A stretch of DNA of 64,000 nt, from positions 1,490,001-1,554,000 of the forward strand of contig CM075999.1 of the NCBI GenBank assembly GCA_038087875.1, written 5' to 3'. Each line of letters begins with the position of its first letter. Within the stretch, counting starts at the first letter, position 1. Source of the DNA: Malacoraja senta. Its lineage: Eukaryota. The notes below the pieces were generated by a model. The model was not told the origin of the DNA, ran no database searches, and saw only the letters and a program-made list of their open reading frames with translations. Below, in pieces: positions 1 to 13,015 of the stretch. A program made the translations under genes and the position numbers.

Positions 1-436
1 AATGTTGCGGTTGCGGAGAATTTAAACCCGTATCGGCATGAAAAATACTGCCGGTTCGTTATGGGAAAAAAATCACCGTTTTGAAACTTAAAATGTGAAT
101 TAAAGGCATCTTAAGGAGCACTTTTATACATAAAATAAACGGCTTTCGTTTACCTGTCCCATGCATGAAATCCGTCCCCGTTGTCGGCTTTAGAAGCTGA
201 TTTTAAAATAACTCCAGCGCTGAAATTGTCGGGCGAATTTAAAATAAAAATGCACAGAACGCCCGTCGGAATGATTCTTCAGCAAAAGCTTGCACTCCAA
301 CGAAATATAATCCAGGACAAGGTAGGAGAAACTCGCGTTTTAACCCCGCCCCCCCCCCTCAAAGGCGCCAAAATTGCGCACACGGCCAGTGGCAGAATTG
401 CAGCACCGCTGAAGGTAAGTATTGTAACATACCTAC
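1..436 (-). mobile_element. Left part of a non-autonomous DNA transposon, same family as 56913-57956
   Basis: Reverse complement of 1-436 aligns by eye with 56913-~57350 and ends in the same terminus (TTGTAACATACCTAC on +). Runs off the window start. Confidence 0.8.
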
Positions 437-832
437 ATTAAATCCAGTCTACCCAGCGGCCTTGACCCACTGCAGTTTGCCTCCCGCAACAGGTCCACGA
501 ACGATGGCATTGCCCTAGCCCTACACTCATCCCTAGAAAGCCTGGATAAGAGAGACACCTACGTCAGACTCCTATTCATAGACAACAACTCTGCCTTGAA
601 TACCATCATACCATCCAAGCTTATCATCAAACTAACGGGGCTTGGTGTCAGCACTCATCTTTGCAACTGGATCCTCGACTTCCTGATCAGCAGACCCTAA
701 TCAGTAAGGATAGGGGATAAATCATCCTCTACGATAATCCTCAACACGAGTCCTCCGCAAGGATGCGTTCTCAGCCCCCCTTCTTTACACCTTGTACACT
801 CACGACTGTGCAGCCATGTACAAATCTAATTC

Positions 833-1233
833 AAGAAGATTGAGGGGGGATCTTATAGAAACTTACAAAATTCTTAAGGGGTTGGACAGGCTAGATGCAG
901 GAAGATTGTTCCCGATGTTGGGGAAGTCCAGAACAAGGGATCACAGTTTAAGGATAATGGGGAAATCTTTTAGGACCGAGATGAGAAAAAAAAAATTCAC
1001 ACAGAGAGTGGTGAATCTCTGGAATTCTCTGCCACAGAAGGTAGTTGAGGCCAGTTCATTGGCTATAATTAAGAGGGAGTTAGATGTGGCCCTTGTGGCT
1101 AAAGGGATCAGGGGGTATGGAGAGAAGGCAGGTACAGGATACCGAGTTGGATGATCAGCCATGATCATATTGAATGGCGGTGCAGGCTCGAAGGGCCAAA
1201 TGGCCTGCTCCTGCACCTATTTTCTATGTTTCT
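833..1233 (+). mobile_element. CR1/HER1-like LINE 3' fragment nested in the Rex1 element
   Basis: ORF 792-1154 reads RRLRGDLIETYKIL...FTQRVVNLWNSLP, the CR1 ORF2 C-terminus. Near-identical to 25510-25910 and ends in a TTCTATG-type tail. Confidence 0.9.
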
Positions 1234-1980
1234 AATTTTCAAATTCGCAGACAGCATCACCTTTGTGGGCCAGATATGAAATAATGATGAGACAGAGTAT
1301 ACGAAGGAGATCGAGAACCTCGGGTCGAGACAACAACTTTTCTCTCAATGTCAGCAAGACAAAGGAGATAGTGATCGATTCCAGTTTGCATTGACGGTGC
1401 CGAAGTAGAGATGGTTGAAAACTTTAAATTCGTAGGAGTCAATATCACCAACCACTTCTCTTGAAACACCCAGACTGAAACAACGACCAAGAAAGCACAC
1501 CACGCCTCGACTTCCTTAGAAGGCTTAGGAAGTTCGGTATGTCCCCTACAACTATCACCAACTTCTACAGATGCCCCATAGAAAGCATTTTAATCAGGAT
1601 GCATCAGTTTAGTTTGGGAACAACTCCACCCAAGACCTCAAGAAATTGCAACGAATTGTGGACGCAGCCCAGACCATCGCACAAACAAACTTCCCTTCTA
1701 TTGATTCCATTTATACCTCATGCTGCCTCGGCAAGGCTAGCAGCACAATCAAGGACGATTCGTACCCTGGCCACTCCCTCTTCTCCTCTCTCCCATCGGG
1801 CGAAAGGCTTAGAAATGTGAAAATGCACAACTCCAGATTCAGGGACAGTTTCTTCTCAGCTGTTATCAGGCAACTGAATCATACCACCCCAACCAGAGAG
1901 CAGTGCTGAACTACTATCTACCTGTTTGGTGACCCTCAGACTATCCTTGATCAGACTTTGCTGACTTTATTTTCCACTAA

Positions 1981-2405
1981 AGGGCCATTCTTTGGAAAGT
2001 GAACCAAAATGCCACACGTGACCAGATGTCATTACAAAGTGATACATTAAAAGATTCTTGAAAGAGATTAATCTTATTTATTGCTATCTTCCTACCTACA
2101 GAACTATAATGCATGTCTGCTAAAGATATGAACATTCCAACTTTTAAAAATTCAGTTTGTAAGATAAAACTGAGATGAAAAAAATGTTTCCGTGTGAGGT
2201 CACGCACGTGACCAGTCATATTTGACCTCTGACTCTAAACAAACATTGTCAGCATAACATAACAATTTAACTTGATAAACTTTAAAAAAAGAAGAGAATC
2301 ATATATACAGTATGAAACAATATACCTGTATTTTTTCAGAATTAGAAGAAATGTATTCCACAATTGTTCATATTTTTAGTCACACATGTGACTAAGAATG
2401 GGCCT
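1981..2405. mobile_element. MITE (PIF/Harbinger-like) inserted in the Rex1 3' region
   Basis: Imperfect TIRs AGGGCCATTCTT / AAGAATGGGCCT, flanked by TAA / CAA. Flanks rejoin into sequence resembling the uninterrupted Rex1 tail at ~58470-58510. Confidence 0.6.
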
Positions 2406-3249
2406 CAACATTATTCCCTTATCATGTAACTATACACTAAATGGCTCGCTTATAATCATGTATTGATTTTCTGCTAACTGGAGAGCAGGCAACAAAAGTT
2501 TTTCACTGTACCTCAGCACACGTGACACTGAACTGAACTATGAAGTCATAACAGAAAACTACATTGTTTTTTATGGGGCGTTGAATGGATAACATCAAAC
2601 CATTCAAATAGCAGTCATATTTGAAATTTGGACAATCAGACACAAGGAACTGCAGATGCTGGTTTTGCAAAAATTTAAAAATAAAATGCGGGAGTAACTC
2701 AGCAGCTCATGTCCCACGCTGAGTTACTCCGAAATATTGTTTTTTTTCCCCCAAATCAATACATATGCTTGGTACAGCTTTACAATGGTCTTGCATCTCT
2801 ATGTACAAGCCTTTACTGATCACTGCAGAGGTTATCTGGGTAAGCCTAATGAGCTGAAACAAGAATCAGACAATGCAGTAAAACGGTTCAGTGAACAAAT
2901 CATCATGATCATATAATATTGCTGTTTGATCCTTCAGTCCAGAATGCATAACTACAATAGTAAGGTTGCCTTTGCTCAAATTAAATAACATAGCACAAAT
3001 GACATAATGGGTCTTGGGAATTTAGACTCATCGTTCTAATATCCTGGAGTCTTCTTTCACCACAGTCTTTCTTGAACACTACCTCACTGCCCAATTTATC
3101 CTACCACTGACTTAAGTGGTTCAGTCTGAATTTTAATTCATCATGACTGTGCAGACTCATGGGACATTTTGCTGTTAATAGTAGCTGCTATCCCCAATGA
3201 AGTATTTTAGTCTACATACATTTCTATTGTACTCTATTTTATAACCAAG

Positions 3250-3885
3250 GGTGCACAAAATTATTTTAGGTAACTTCTAGAAACGCCCCCCTTCCCTTCC
3301 CTCCCCTCCCCACTTGTCCTCCTTCCTCCACTAAAAGTCGGTTAACCAATTCCACAGTCCGCAACGATGTATCAACGATGTTGATGTTTAGTAGAGTAGA
3401 GTGTTAATTTGTTCATGATATATGTATTTTTACTTCTATTTATTTTTTACTGCACACACTGAAATGGACACTGGTTGAGGAACGTTTTTTTGTTTCCTCT
3501 GGGTATGCGAATACTCAGGAAATAACAATAAAGATATACAATACAATACAATACAATATCCCTCTTTGGATCACACCATCCCTAGCCAACAATGCACCCT
3601 GCCTAGGGTCATCTGTTGACAGCCCTGATATATCAGTCTGAAGAAGGGTTTCGGCCCAAAACGTTGCCCATTTCCGTCGCTCCATAGATGCTGTCTCACC
3701 CGCTGGGTTTCTCCAGCATTTTTGTTTACCCTGATATGTCCTTGTCTTTTCTTGTTTCCAGATTCACGACCCCAACCTACAATCAGTCTGAAGAAGGGTC
3801 CCGACCCAAAAACACCACCTATCCCTTTTCTCCCGAGATGCTGCTTGACACGCAGAGTTACTGCAGCATTTTATGTCGCCCTTTT
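3250..3885 (+). mobile_element. Penelope-like element 3' region with two terminal-repeat copies
   Basis: Two copies of CAGTCTGAAGAAGGG...GATGCTG...CAGCATTTT (3635 and 3784), with an (ATACA)n insert. Confidence 0.65.
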
Positions 3886-4060
3886 ACAAAATTATAATTG
3901 TATACTCTCTCAGGTTTTATTTGGAATGAGTTCTTGTTTAGGATTATGCTCCCTTTCAACATTTTACTGTTCCGAGTCATTTTTGAATATTATTACTGGA
4001 TGCAGTTCCTTTTCAGGCAGTTTATATCAAATGAAAATGCCATGAACCACAACCCCAATA

Positions 4061-6304
4061 CAGGGCTCGAAATTAGAGGTTGCCTGGGTGCCACTGACCA
4101 CTCAAAGCGCCGCCGGGCAACTTAAACACCGAGTCATTTTGCCCGGCTTGGCAACCAGATACTGGTTTGTACCGAAGATAGACACAAAAAATTGGAGTAA
4201 CTCCGCGGGTCAGGCAGCATCTCTGGAGAAGAGGAACGTGACATCTCGTGTCGGCGGCAGCTGTCGTGCGGGGCAAAGATACTAGGTGCGGGGTGAGGAA
4301 GGGTCGGAGCGAATGACGGGCTTCGCACAGCGGCAGCAGCGGCAGCGACTCCATCTCCTCCCGCACGCCCTGATAAGGGCCGCTGCTTGCAAATCCGCTA
4401 ACCGCGCTTTCAAAACAAAGCTCCGAGGCCGGGAGGAGGGAGGGAGGGGGAGGCCTCGGCATGCGGGAGGGTTTGTTTTGCGCCGTTACCGGATTTACAA
4501 ACAGAGGCCCTTATCAGGGCGGGCGGGATGAGGGAGGAGGAGATGGAGCCGCTATCCCGGCCGCTGTGCGAAGCCCGTCATTCGCTCCGACTCGTCTGAA
4601 GCAGCTGCACCAAAGATCTTATAGCTATAGGATCTCTGAGCTGCACCGCCAGGCCCCGCACCTTGCTGTTGGCTGGCGGAGGAGGGAGGCGGTGGCGAGG
4701 AGTTCCCAACGGCCAAGGCTGCGGGGCGATGTTGTCCGAGGAGCGCTGACCTTCCTTTCTCCCCACCTCGCTCCCCCTCTCCCTCTCTCGTACGTCCCCC
4801 TCCACCCCCTTATCCTGGGACCCCTCCACTCCATCCCGCACTGATCCCCATTCCCGCCTCTATTCAGTCCTCACTGACATCCCCCGTGCTCCCCTCCACA
4901 TCTACCCCCCCACCCCCCCATCTATTCATCCTGCGCTGATCACCCTATCCACCTCGCATTGGTTCTCCTGCCACCCCCCCCCTCCCCATCCATCCTACAC
5001 TGGTTCCCCAATTCACCCTATACTTACCCCTTTCCCATCCATCCTGCAATTCTCCACCATCCATCCTGTACTGATCCCACATCCATCCTGTACTATTGGA
5101 TATTTCGTGCAAGCCTAGGTTTGAATGACAATAAATAGCATTCTATTCTAATCCACACATTCATCCCGTACTGGCCCACCCTCCATTTACCCTGCACCTC
5201 CCCCCTTCCCCTCATTCATCCTGTAGTGATCCCCCATTCATCCTGCACAGACCCTCCGATCCACACTGTACTGACACCCCCCCCATTCATCCTGCGCTGA
5301 TCTCCCCCCCCATCCATCTTGTACTGATCCTCCCATTCAAGAGGAATGGGGGGGAACAGTCAGAAGGGTCTCGACCTGAAACGTTGCCTATTTCCTTCGC
5401 TCCATAGATGCTGCCTCACCCTTGCTGAGTTTCTCCAGCACTTTTGTCTACCCCCATCCATCCCGTACTGAACCCCCCCATTCAACACCACTGACATCCC
5501 CGGTGCTCTCCCCTCACAATTTTACCTACTCCAACCAACATGTACTAATTCACCTGCCTCAATCCATCCATTCTGCACCGACTACCTTCTAACCCTTCAC
5601 ACACACCCCCCTCCCTGACCCTATTGTACTGGAAATGTCTTCAGAGCGAACATCGACTATGTTTGATAACGGAATGCAATCAAATGTGTTTTAATTCCCA
5701 ATGTTATTATTTGTTTTAATCCATAAAGATGGATGAATTAAATTGTGAACACGTGAAACATTAAAACCGCAGTGTTCGATTGTCACTGCTGCCGTTGACA
5801 CGTTATTACAGAATTCATTTTAACGGCAAATCAATGCTCTTAATATGGAGTATCAGTACTGTAGTTATTTAATGAGCAACATTCACAACCATATGTACGC
5901 ATATATGTTACCATGGTCCAGGATTTATTGACACATGTTGATCATACGTTGATCCAACCACATTTTTGTTTGGAAGTGGAAAGAACTAATAGAAATTGCA
6001 TTAATTGCAATGTGTAAAAAGAGTTGAGATACTGTATTATAATTTTGCTGCATGTCATTGTGGGATATATCATGTCTTGATTGGTGAATATGTTTAGTTT
6101 GTGACTTTATTTGAAGCAGAAATAATATGTGAATGCTTCATTGAGTATAATTCCGACTGGTAACTACGCACTTCGTCCAAGCACATTATCGCACGCGTCA
6201 TGCAAGCCATCTTAAATGACCACCTAAACTGTCATTTGGCAACCTAAAAAGCTGCCAAGGTTGCCCGGCTTGCAACAGGGGAAAAAAGTTAAGCGAGAGC
6301 CCTG
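4061..6304. mobile_element. Non-autonomous hAT-like DNA transposon (~2.24 kb) with 5-bp TSD
   Basis: Termini CAGGGCTC...GAGCCCTG. Direct repeat CAATA at 4056-4060 and 6305-6309. Subterminal GGTTGCC/GGCAAC motifs at both ends. No transposase ORF. Confidence 0.75.
4800..5630 (+). repeat. C-rich degenerate minisatellite (CCCC-ATCCATCCTGTACTGA-like units)
   Basis: Many imperfect copies of ATCC/TTCATCCTGYRCTGAT separated by C-runs, inside the hAT-like element. Confidence 0.8.
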
Positions 6305-8192
6305 CAATAGTGGCTGGACTGCACACTTGCCCCATTTTGGCATTGGAAAGAATATGAAACAGTTCATGAGTTTCTCAGTGAAGGGATGAGAAAGGGAGTG
6401 GTGGAAGAAAAATTCATCGCAGGGCTAATTAATCTTCAATCTTCCATCATCACAGCCTGTTCCGCCTCAGAATAGGATTGAAGCTTTACACAAGAAAGAA
6501 AATACAACACAACTTTGAGCTACACAAGAAATCTTTTGATCAGTGGTCGAGAACGGAGCATCACTCAGCAAGCTCAGTAAGGATTTTTTTCTCTCATCTT
6601 TCAGCTCAAAAAAAAAGCAAGGGAGATACAATAGGGAAAATTACATTTGGTTAATGTGACGCAATAGTTAACAATGAGATTGAAGGACCAACTCAGAAAA
6701 AGGAATGATAGAAAGGAAAGCAGAAGTAGAATCAATCAGATACACAGAATAGAAAAGTAAGATTACATTAAGAGACAGGATGGAAATGCAAGAGAACATA
6801 ATATTTTTAAACTTCTGTGCAGAATCAAATTGTATATTTTAAATTGCTTGTTTTGGAGCTGGGAAGTGTGCTGACATCATATTAATAATAACCTCATTAA
6901 TAATGCACAAAAGTAATACACAATACAACAGAAAGTTTAAAGAGCCACTGTGCAAATCCAATAACTTAAAAAAAAATAAAAATAAGGCCACGAGTGGAAT
7001 TCAGTATGTGCAAAGCAAATTATAGAACAGCCCAAAGCAATTACCAAGCAGTCGAGATTATAACTGACAATATACATCTTAATTGCCCAACAAAAGCATG
7101 TGCCAGTATGATGTTTGGTGTGATTTAATCGTAATTTTGCTTGAATATTATTGTTCTAACATTTAAGTGACAGGTGATAACTTCCTCGGAGAAACAGAGA
7201 ATTATAAATCTGATCAGCACGTGCAACCACACGTTGGCAAGGTGTCTTCAGAAAACAATCTCAATTGATGTCAAGCGACTAAAACAAAATGTATCTCTCA
7301 TTTCCAAGTTACTGATGGTCATTCAACTCTTTCCGGATGCATAACTTGGTTGTCGAAGCCAAGGATATCTGAAAACTATGCCAGAGGAAACCATTGCATT
7401 CTGTGACTACAGGATAGTAAACCACTAGGGGAACCTGCTCACCACCTATTAAAGCTGTGATACGTACACACATTTGGTTCTCTATGTTGACACAATTCAG
7501 CGGGTCAGGCAGCATCAACGCTGCCTGACCCGCTGAGATCCCCCAGCATGTATTATTTTGGTTCCATGTGTTCACGCATTTGCCAGTTTAATATAGTTTC
7601 CTGACAAACCATGCTGAAGCAAAGATTTCTACTGAAAGATCACCAACCTGAAATGTTAACCCAGCCCAATGATGCCATCTATCCTTCGTATTTTCAACAT
7701 ATTCTGTTTTTAATTTTAAGTCAAAGACCGACATGATCCCTTTGTGCAGTATTTGAAAATAAATGAGACTCAAGTTATTTTACATGGGATAAATAGAAAC
7801 AACTCCGGTGCCTTGCTAAATGGAATCATTGTTTCTCTCTGGGAGATTTTTGTTTAAATCCCTCAACCACGAAGTGCTGTCCAATTTCCTTTTACGATTA
7901 GTTTGCGAGGTCAGCACATTTTTACAAGCAATATTCCACATCTCTACGACAGGAATGAAATGTAATCTCTCCAGAAATGTTACCAAATGATTGTACGAAT
8001 CCAATTGTCCCACTTTTAAATAGAATAATCCTTTCCTGTCTAGTCCCCCTCCATGTTTTATTGAGGGATTCAAGCCATATCAGCTTTATGACTGGAATAA
8101 CAAACTAAGACCTGCTCGTTCAGCCTCCACAATTTTTCTCCCACTGTCCATCACTACACCAGTTTAATCTTCAAAAAAATGGTGAACTTATC

Positions 8193-8206
8193 ACACCCCC
8201 TGGTGG
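8193..8206 (-). promoter_or_regulatory. Possible CTCF site
   Basis: Minus strand CCACCAGGGGGTGT resembles the CTCF core CCACCAGGGGGCGC, in apparently unique sequence. Motif match only. Confidence 0.3.
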
Positions 8207-8944
8207 AACTTCTTGCAGGTCGTGTAACTCATCTTGATCATCCAAAAGATTGGGCACAGACGCCGCTGCTGATTTAATTTTCCCAGTCGGTGCTGCATTC
8301 CAGCAATCTAATTAGTATTGTGGCTATTTAGCCGAATTGAAAAATAAAAACAACTACACATGCTGGAAATGCGACACAAGAATAGAAAATGCTCAACACA
8401 CACAACAGGTCAGGCTGCATCTGTGGAACCTTGTTAACTGTTTTCATTTCCGCTCCTGCTGTCTCATCCGCTGAGCATTTCCAGAAATTTCTAAACAAAA
8501 ACAAACCCGTGGAAGAACTCAGCAGGCAGCATCTATGGAGGGAAACGAACCAACTATATTTCTGTAAACCAGCACCTGCGGCTCCAGGGTAGACACAAAA
8601 TGCTGGAGTAACTCAGCGGGTCAGGCAGCATCTCTGGAGAGAAGGAATGGGTGACGTTTCGGGTAGGGTCTGCGGTTCCAGGTTTCTACAACAATGTTTC
8701 AGGTTGGAATCTTTCTTCAAGAACTCTGGACAGGTCCCGTTTCAAAACGTCATCTGTCCATTTTGCTCCAGATGCTGCCTGACCTGCTGAGTTGTTGCAA
8801 TAGTTCACTTTATTCTCCCGATTCCAGCATCTGTAGGGTCTCGACCCGAAACATCACCCATTCCTTCTCTCCAGAGATGCTGCCTGTCCCGCTGAGTTAC
8901 TCCAGTATTTTGTGTCTATCTTCTGCAGTTTCTTATTCAGACTT

Positions 8945-9190
8945 TAGAGGTAGACCACAGAAACAGGCCCTTCAGCCCACCAAGATCACGCCGATCAGCG
9001 ATCATCCCGTACACTAACACTATCCTACACACAAGGGACAATTTACAATTTTACCGATGCCAAGAAATGGGCGCATCCGGAGAAAACCCACAGGGAGAAC
9101 ATACAAACTCCGTACAGACAGCATCCATGGTCAGGATCAAACCTGGGTCTCTGGTGCTGTAAGGCACAACTCTACTACTGCGCCATTGCA
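8945..9190 (-). mobile_element. HE1-like tRNA/V-SINE
   Basis: Reverse complement matches the SINE at 51886-52183. Confidence 0.8.
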
Positions 9191-11139
9191 GCAGCACTTT
9201 CTGCTTTTGCCGTGTTGTTAGTTTGATGTAAATCAGGCAGTGGAATTTGTCTGTGCGCTTCATCCAACTTGACATTTATTTCTTAGTTTGGCAGTCAACC
9301 CTTCTCCCAGCTTCCACGACAGGAACTAGGTTTCATCTTTTGGGGATCGACCTTCGGGACAACTCAGATCTCTGCTAGCTGAGGGGTGCTTCACAACCCA
9401 AGTCAGAAGATTGGAATTCTGAGTTTCACCTTAGACTCGTACACATATTTCAAGGACTGGCTCACTATCAGGTGCAATCATTTGTATGAACCATTAAGCA
9501 GAGGCCTTGACTACTCTTCAATGTGACATGAAAGACACCATGCTACTGTTTCGGCAAATACTTTTTTATTGCCAATGTTCCAGGCTATATTTTTTCTTTA
9601 GCTAATTTTACTAAAACAAATTACCTGATCACCACATTGCTAGTTTTCGGGGGGGGGGGGGGTTCTGCGAATTAGCTACATTTTAAGTAATTATATTTCA
9701 AAATTATTTGGTGGGTGCCTAATATTTTAAGATGTGAAAATTGCCATTTTAGGCAATTCATTTTCATGTCTCTTGCCTCATTTCTGCTCTTCAGATTGAA
9801 GGGGATGGACCGTCCATAACACTCATGGTCTGAAGAAGGGGTTTGACCTGCAACTTCACCCAATCTTTTTCTCCAGATATGCTGCCTGACCCGCTGAGTT
9901 ACTCCAGCACTTTGGGTCTACTCTCATGCATTTACTGGCCTCCATGCCTGAAAGCATTGCTGCAGGCAAATAACATTTCCAGGTCCATCGGTAAGTTCAT
10001 CTTTAGTGTCAGTAAACTACTTTACTTTGAGAGGCATTATCAGTACAGACCCTGAACCTCACCAGTGCACAGACAACCAAAATCAAGGGCCAATTATAAA
10101 AGTTCAGCTGATGTTCTGGCCGCAATTTGTTCGGAAAATCAAGTCCTGGGACTTTGCTGTGTTTTTTTGTGGCTCTAAGTCACCAGAAATGTGCATCTAG
10201 CCACTGAGTTGTCACAATGCATCAGCCTTTGTTATTTTACAAACTCATCATGCACAATAGGATCACTGTGTTCCTGATTGCAAAAGCTCAGACATTTAGT
10301 GAATGGGCAGAGACTATTGGATTGCTGAACCTCAATGCTTACTGCTGACACAGAGGCCAGTTGATGAATTCAATGCAGAGGCAGGGAGATATTTCAGTAG
10401 CGGGCAGGTTATTGTGACATTTTGAGTCATTTGACAGCCTACAGGAATTACAAGCAGTGACTTGATGCACGCAAACACAGTTTGAGTTGAAGAAGTCTTT
10501 GCCCTGTAAATGAAAGGTTTGTGATGCTCAATCAATTCTACAAGAGAATTGTTCCGAATATTGTCCCCTTACAAGACAAGGGCAGAAAGCAAACCCATAA
10601 CAGCAATGGAGGATCAGCGTGGTCATATTTAAAAAGATGGCAAATGTGAATCTTCCCCAATCTTGATGCACATCTCATAAACATCTACGAAACAAAGATC
10701 TGAGCGGGTGACTCTTATCGTAGATAGGCAGTCAAATCATATAATGTCTCTCTTAAACATAAGCAGGAGAGAAAAAATACTTGCATTTGCACATTACCTT
10801 TATACAGCCAGTAAATATCTTTGATCTAGTCACTGTTATAATGAGGATACATGGCATACAAGTTTCACACAGTGAGGTCCCACAAACAGTAATGTGAAAA
10901 GACAAGCTATTTTCCTCGAGGGATAAATCTGATAAAAAATAATATTGTGTGCCTCTTTGCATTGGCGCGGTGAAAGCAGAGGACAGCCATTTAATGCCTT
11001 ACCTGCAAAGTTGGAATTAAAAACATCGCTACATTTATACCTGAAGGATGGTAATTTCATCTAAATACATCACATACAACACTTATAGAACAAGTGATCT
11101 TCAGACAGCCAAACCCATATGCAACAAATGAGGCAATTC

Positions 11140-11305
11140 AGTATCAGATGTCACTGAGGAGAGGGGGGGTATAGCACCGCTGGATCTTTTATATCCACAC
11201 CAGTTGGGCTGTTTCAGATATAGTTTTCTTGCTCCTTCAAAAGTCAAGTGGTCTGCAAAGATCCAGTGGTGCTATGCCTCCCTCTCCTCAGTGACATCTG
11301 ATACT
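11140..11305. repeat. ~50-bp inverted repeat pair (MITE-like or hairpin)
   Basis: AGTATCAGATGTCACTGAGGAGAGGG...TGGATCTTT pairs with AAAGATCCA...CCCTCTCCTCAGTGACATCTGATACT. Confidence 0.8.
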
Positions 11306-11469
11306 ACACCAGGTTTCCTCTCAAATTTTAGCCACAAGGATTCGGGGACATATTAGTGATGCAGCAGCATAATAGCTACGAGTGTGCCTGACATTAATGT
11401 CAAATCTCTACTTCTATCCCTTGCTTACCACAAACCCTAGGAAACTCTTCCTATTGTGGCATTAGCAAA

Positions 11470-12005
11470 TTGTAAGCAGTTTTGGGCACCGTATCCAACG
11501 AAAGATGTGCTGGCTCTGGAGAGGGTCCAGTGGTGGTTTACCAGAAGGATCCCAGGAATGAGGAGGTTAACATATGATAAGTGTTTGGCAGCTCTGGGCC
11601 ATGTACTCGCTGGAGTTTAGAAGAATGAGAGGGGACCTCATTGAAACGTACAGGATAGTGAAAGGCTTGGATAGAGTTGATGTGGAGAAGATGTTTCCAC
11701 TAGTGGGAGAGTTTAGGACGAGAGGTCATTGCCTCAGAATTAAAGGACGTTCTTTTAGGAAGATGAAGAGGAATTTCATTAGTCAGAGGGTGGTGAATCT
11801 GAGGATTTGTTTTTGCTACAGAAGGCTGTGCAGGCAAAGTTAGTGGATATATTTAAGGCAGAGATAGATAGATTCTTGATTAGTACCAGTGTCAGAGGTT
11901 ATGGGGAGAAGGCAGGAGAATGGGGTTAGGAGGGAGAGATTGATCAGCCATGATTGAATGGTGAAATAGACTTGATGGGACAAATGGCCTAATTTTGCTC
12001 CTTTC
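11470..12005 (+). mobile_element. CR1/HER1-like LINE 3' fragment
   Basis: ORF 11574-11843 reads YSLEFRRMRGDLIETYRIV...SQRVVNL. Confidence 0.85.
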
Positions 12006-12685
12006 GCTTATCAGAATCAGATTTTATTCGGCAAGTATGTTTTGCAACATACGAGGAATTTCACTGGCCAGGTCAGTCATACAATTAAAAGCAAGTCATA
12101 CAATTAAAAGCAATTATGATCTTATGATTATCATGAACATATACTTTTTCAAATACACCATATGAACATCACTACTGTTGTCATTAATATAATGCAGGGC
12201 ACAGTAAGTACCAATTCAGGATTTTGTGTTGTCAGTTTTTATTACGCACTGTCGAAATTAGTGATGTACCAGCCCACGTCTGAGGCAACACAGCACAGCT
12301 GCCTGAAACACTGCCAAAATTCCAATCTGATCCATTTTATCTGGTTGTGAAAAACAAATAAAATGTTTTATTGGAAATTGAGCACAAATGATTCATAAAA
12401 TGAAACTGCCCTGAGCCTTACATTCACCATCAGTTTGCACAGGCATATTTGCAAGTTCGACAAAGACTTGTCGTTGGAAATAGATAATGGTCAGGAAGCA
12501 TAACAGCCAAGGGCATCTCAGAAGCCTGGTATAATCAACATCTCAAGTCATCGCATAAAATGTATGGTGCCAAACAGGCCATTTAGATCAAATGGTTCAC
12601 GCTTCATTTGTGCCTCCTCCTCCCCAATTTTTCTTCTAAGCTCTTCAGAGTTTCCTATTAATCATTCTTTCGTCATAACACCTTA

Positions 12686-13015
12686 AGACACAAAATGCTG
12701 GAGTAACTCAGAGGATCAGGCAGCATCTCTGGAGAACATGGATAGGTGCCAATTCAGGTTGGGACCCTTCTTCAGACTGGGACTAATTTACTTGGACTAT
12801 CTCTGATACTTCTCTCCCCTATCTTGATCTCTCCGTCTCCATCACAAGGGAAAGACTATCGGCTGAGATCTATCTTTTTACCAGACTGAAGAAAGGATCC
12901 TGAAGAAAGGATCGGACCCGAAACATCACCTACTCAAGTTCTCCAGCGAGGCTGCCTGACCCACTGTGTTACTCCACACATTATTTTATAAACCAGCATC
13001 TGCAGTTCCTTGCAT
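12686..13015. mobile_element. Penelope-like remnant: inverted terminal repeats around an RT fragment
   Basis: Minus-strand repeat 12686-12779, then + frame FTWTISDTSLPYLDLSVSITRERLSAEIY (~12788-12874, Penelope RT-like), then a plus-strand repeat. Confidence 0.7.

Larger units (their letters stand above)
437..2540 (+). mobile_element. Degenerate Rex1/Babar-type LINE (RT region to 3' end), interrupted by two younger insertions
   Basis: Translated fragments [32 protein letters not shown] and FRDSFF. The 3' tail GCTTTTCACTGTACCTC..CACGTGAC recurs at ~58590. Confidence 0.8.

Noticed and set aside
4800..5630. Repeat-spacer-like periodicity suggestive of CRISPR
   Set aside because: Eukaryotic context, degenerate units, low-complexity spacers and no cas genes. 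It is a minisatellite.
7310..11060. Possible small minus-strand exons near 11002-11060 and 7310-7450
   Set aside because: Splice signals are ambiguous and no frame gives a recognisable product.
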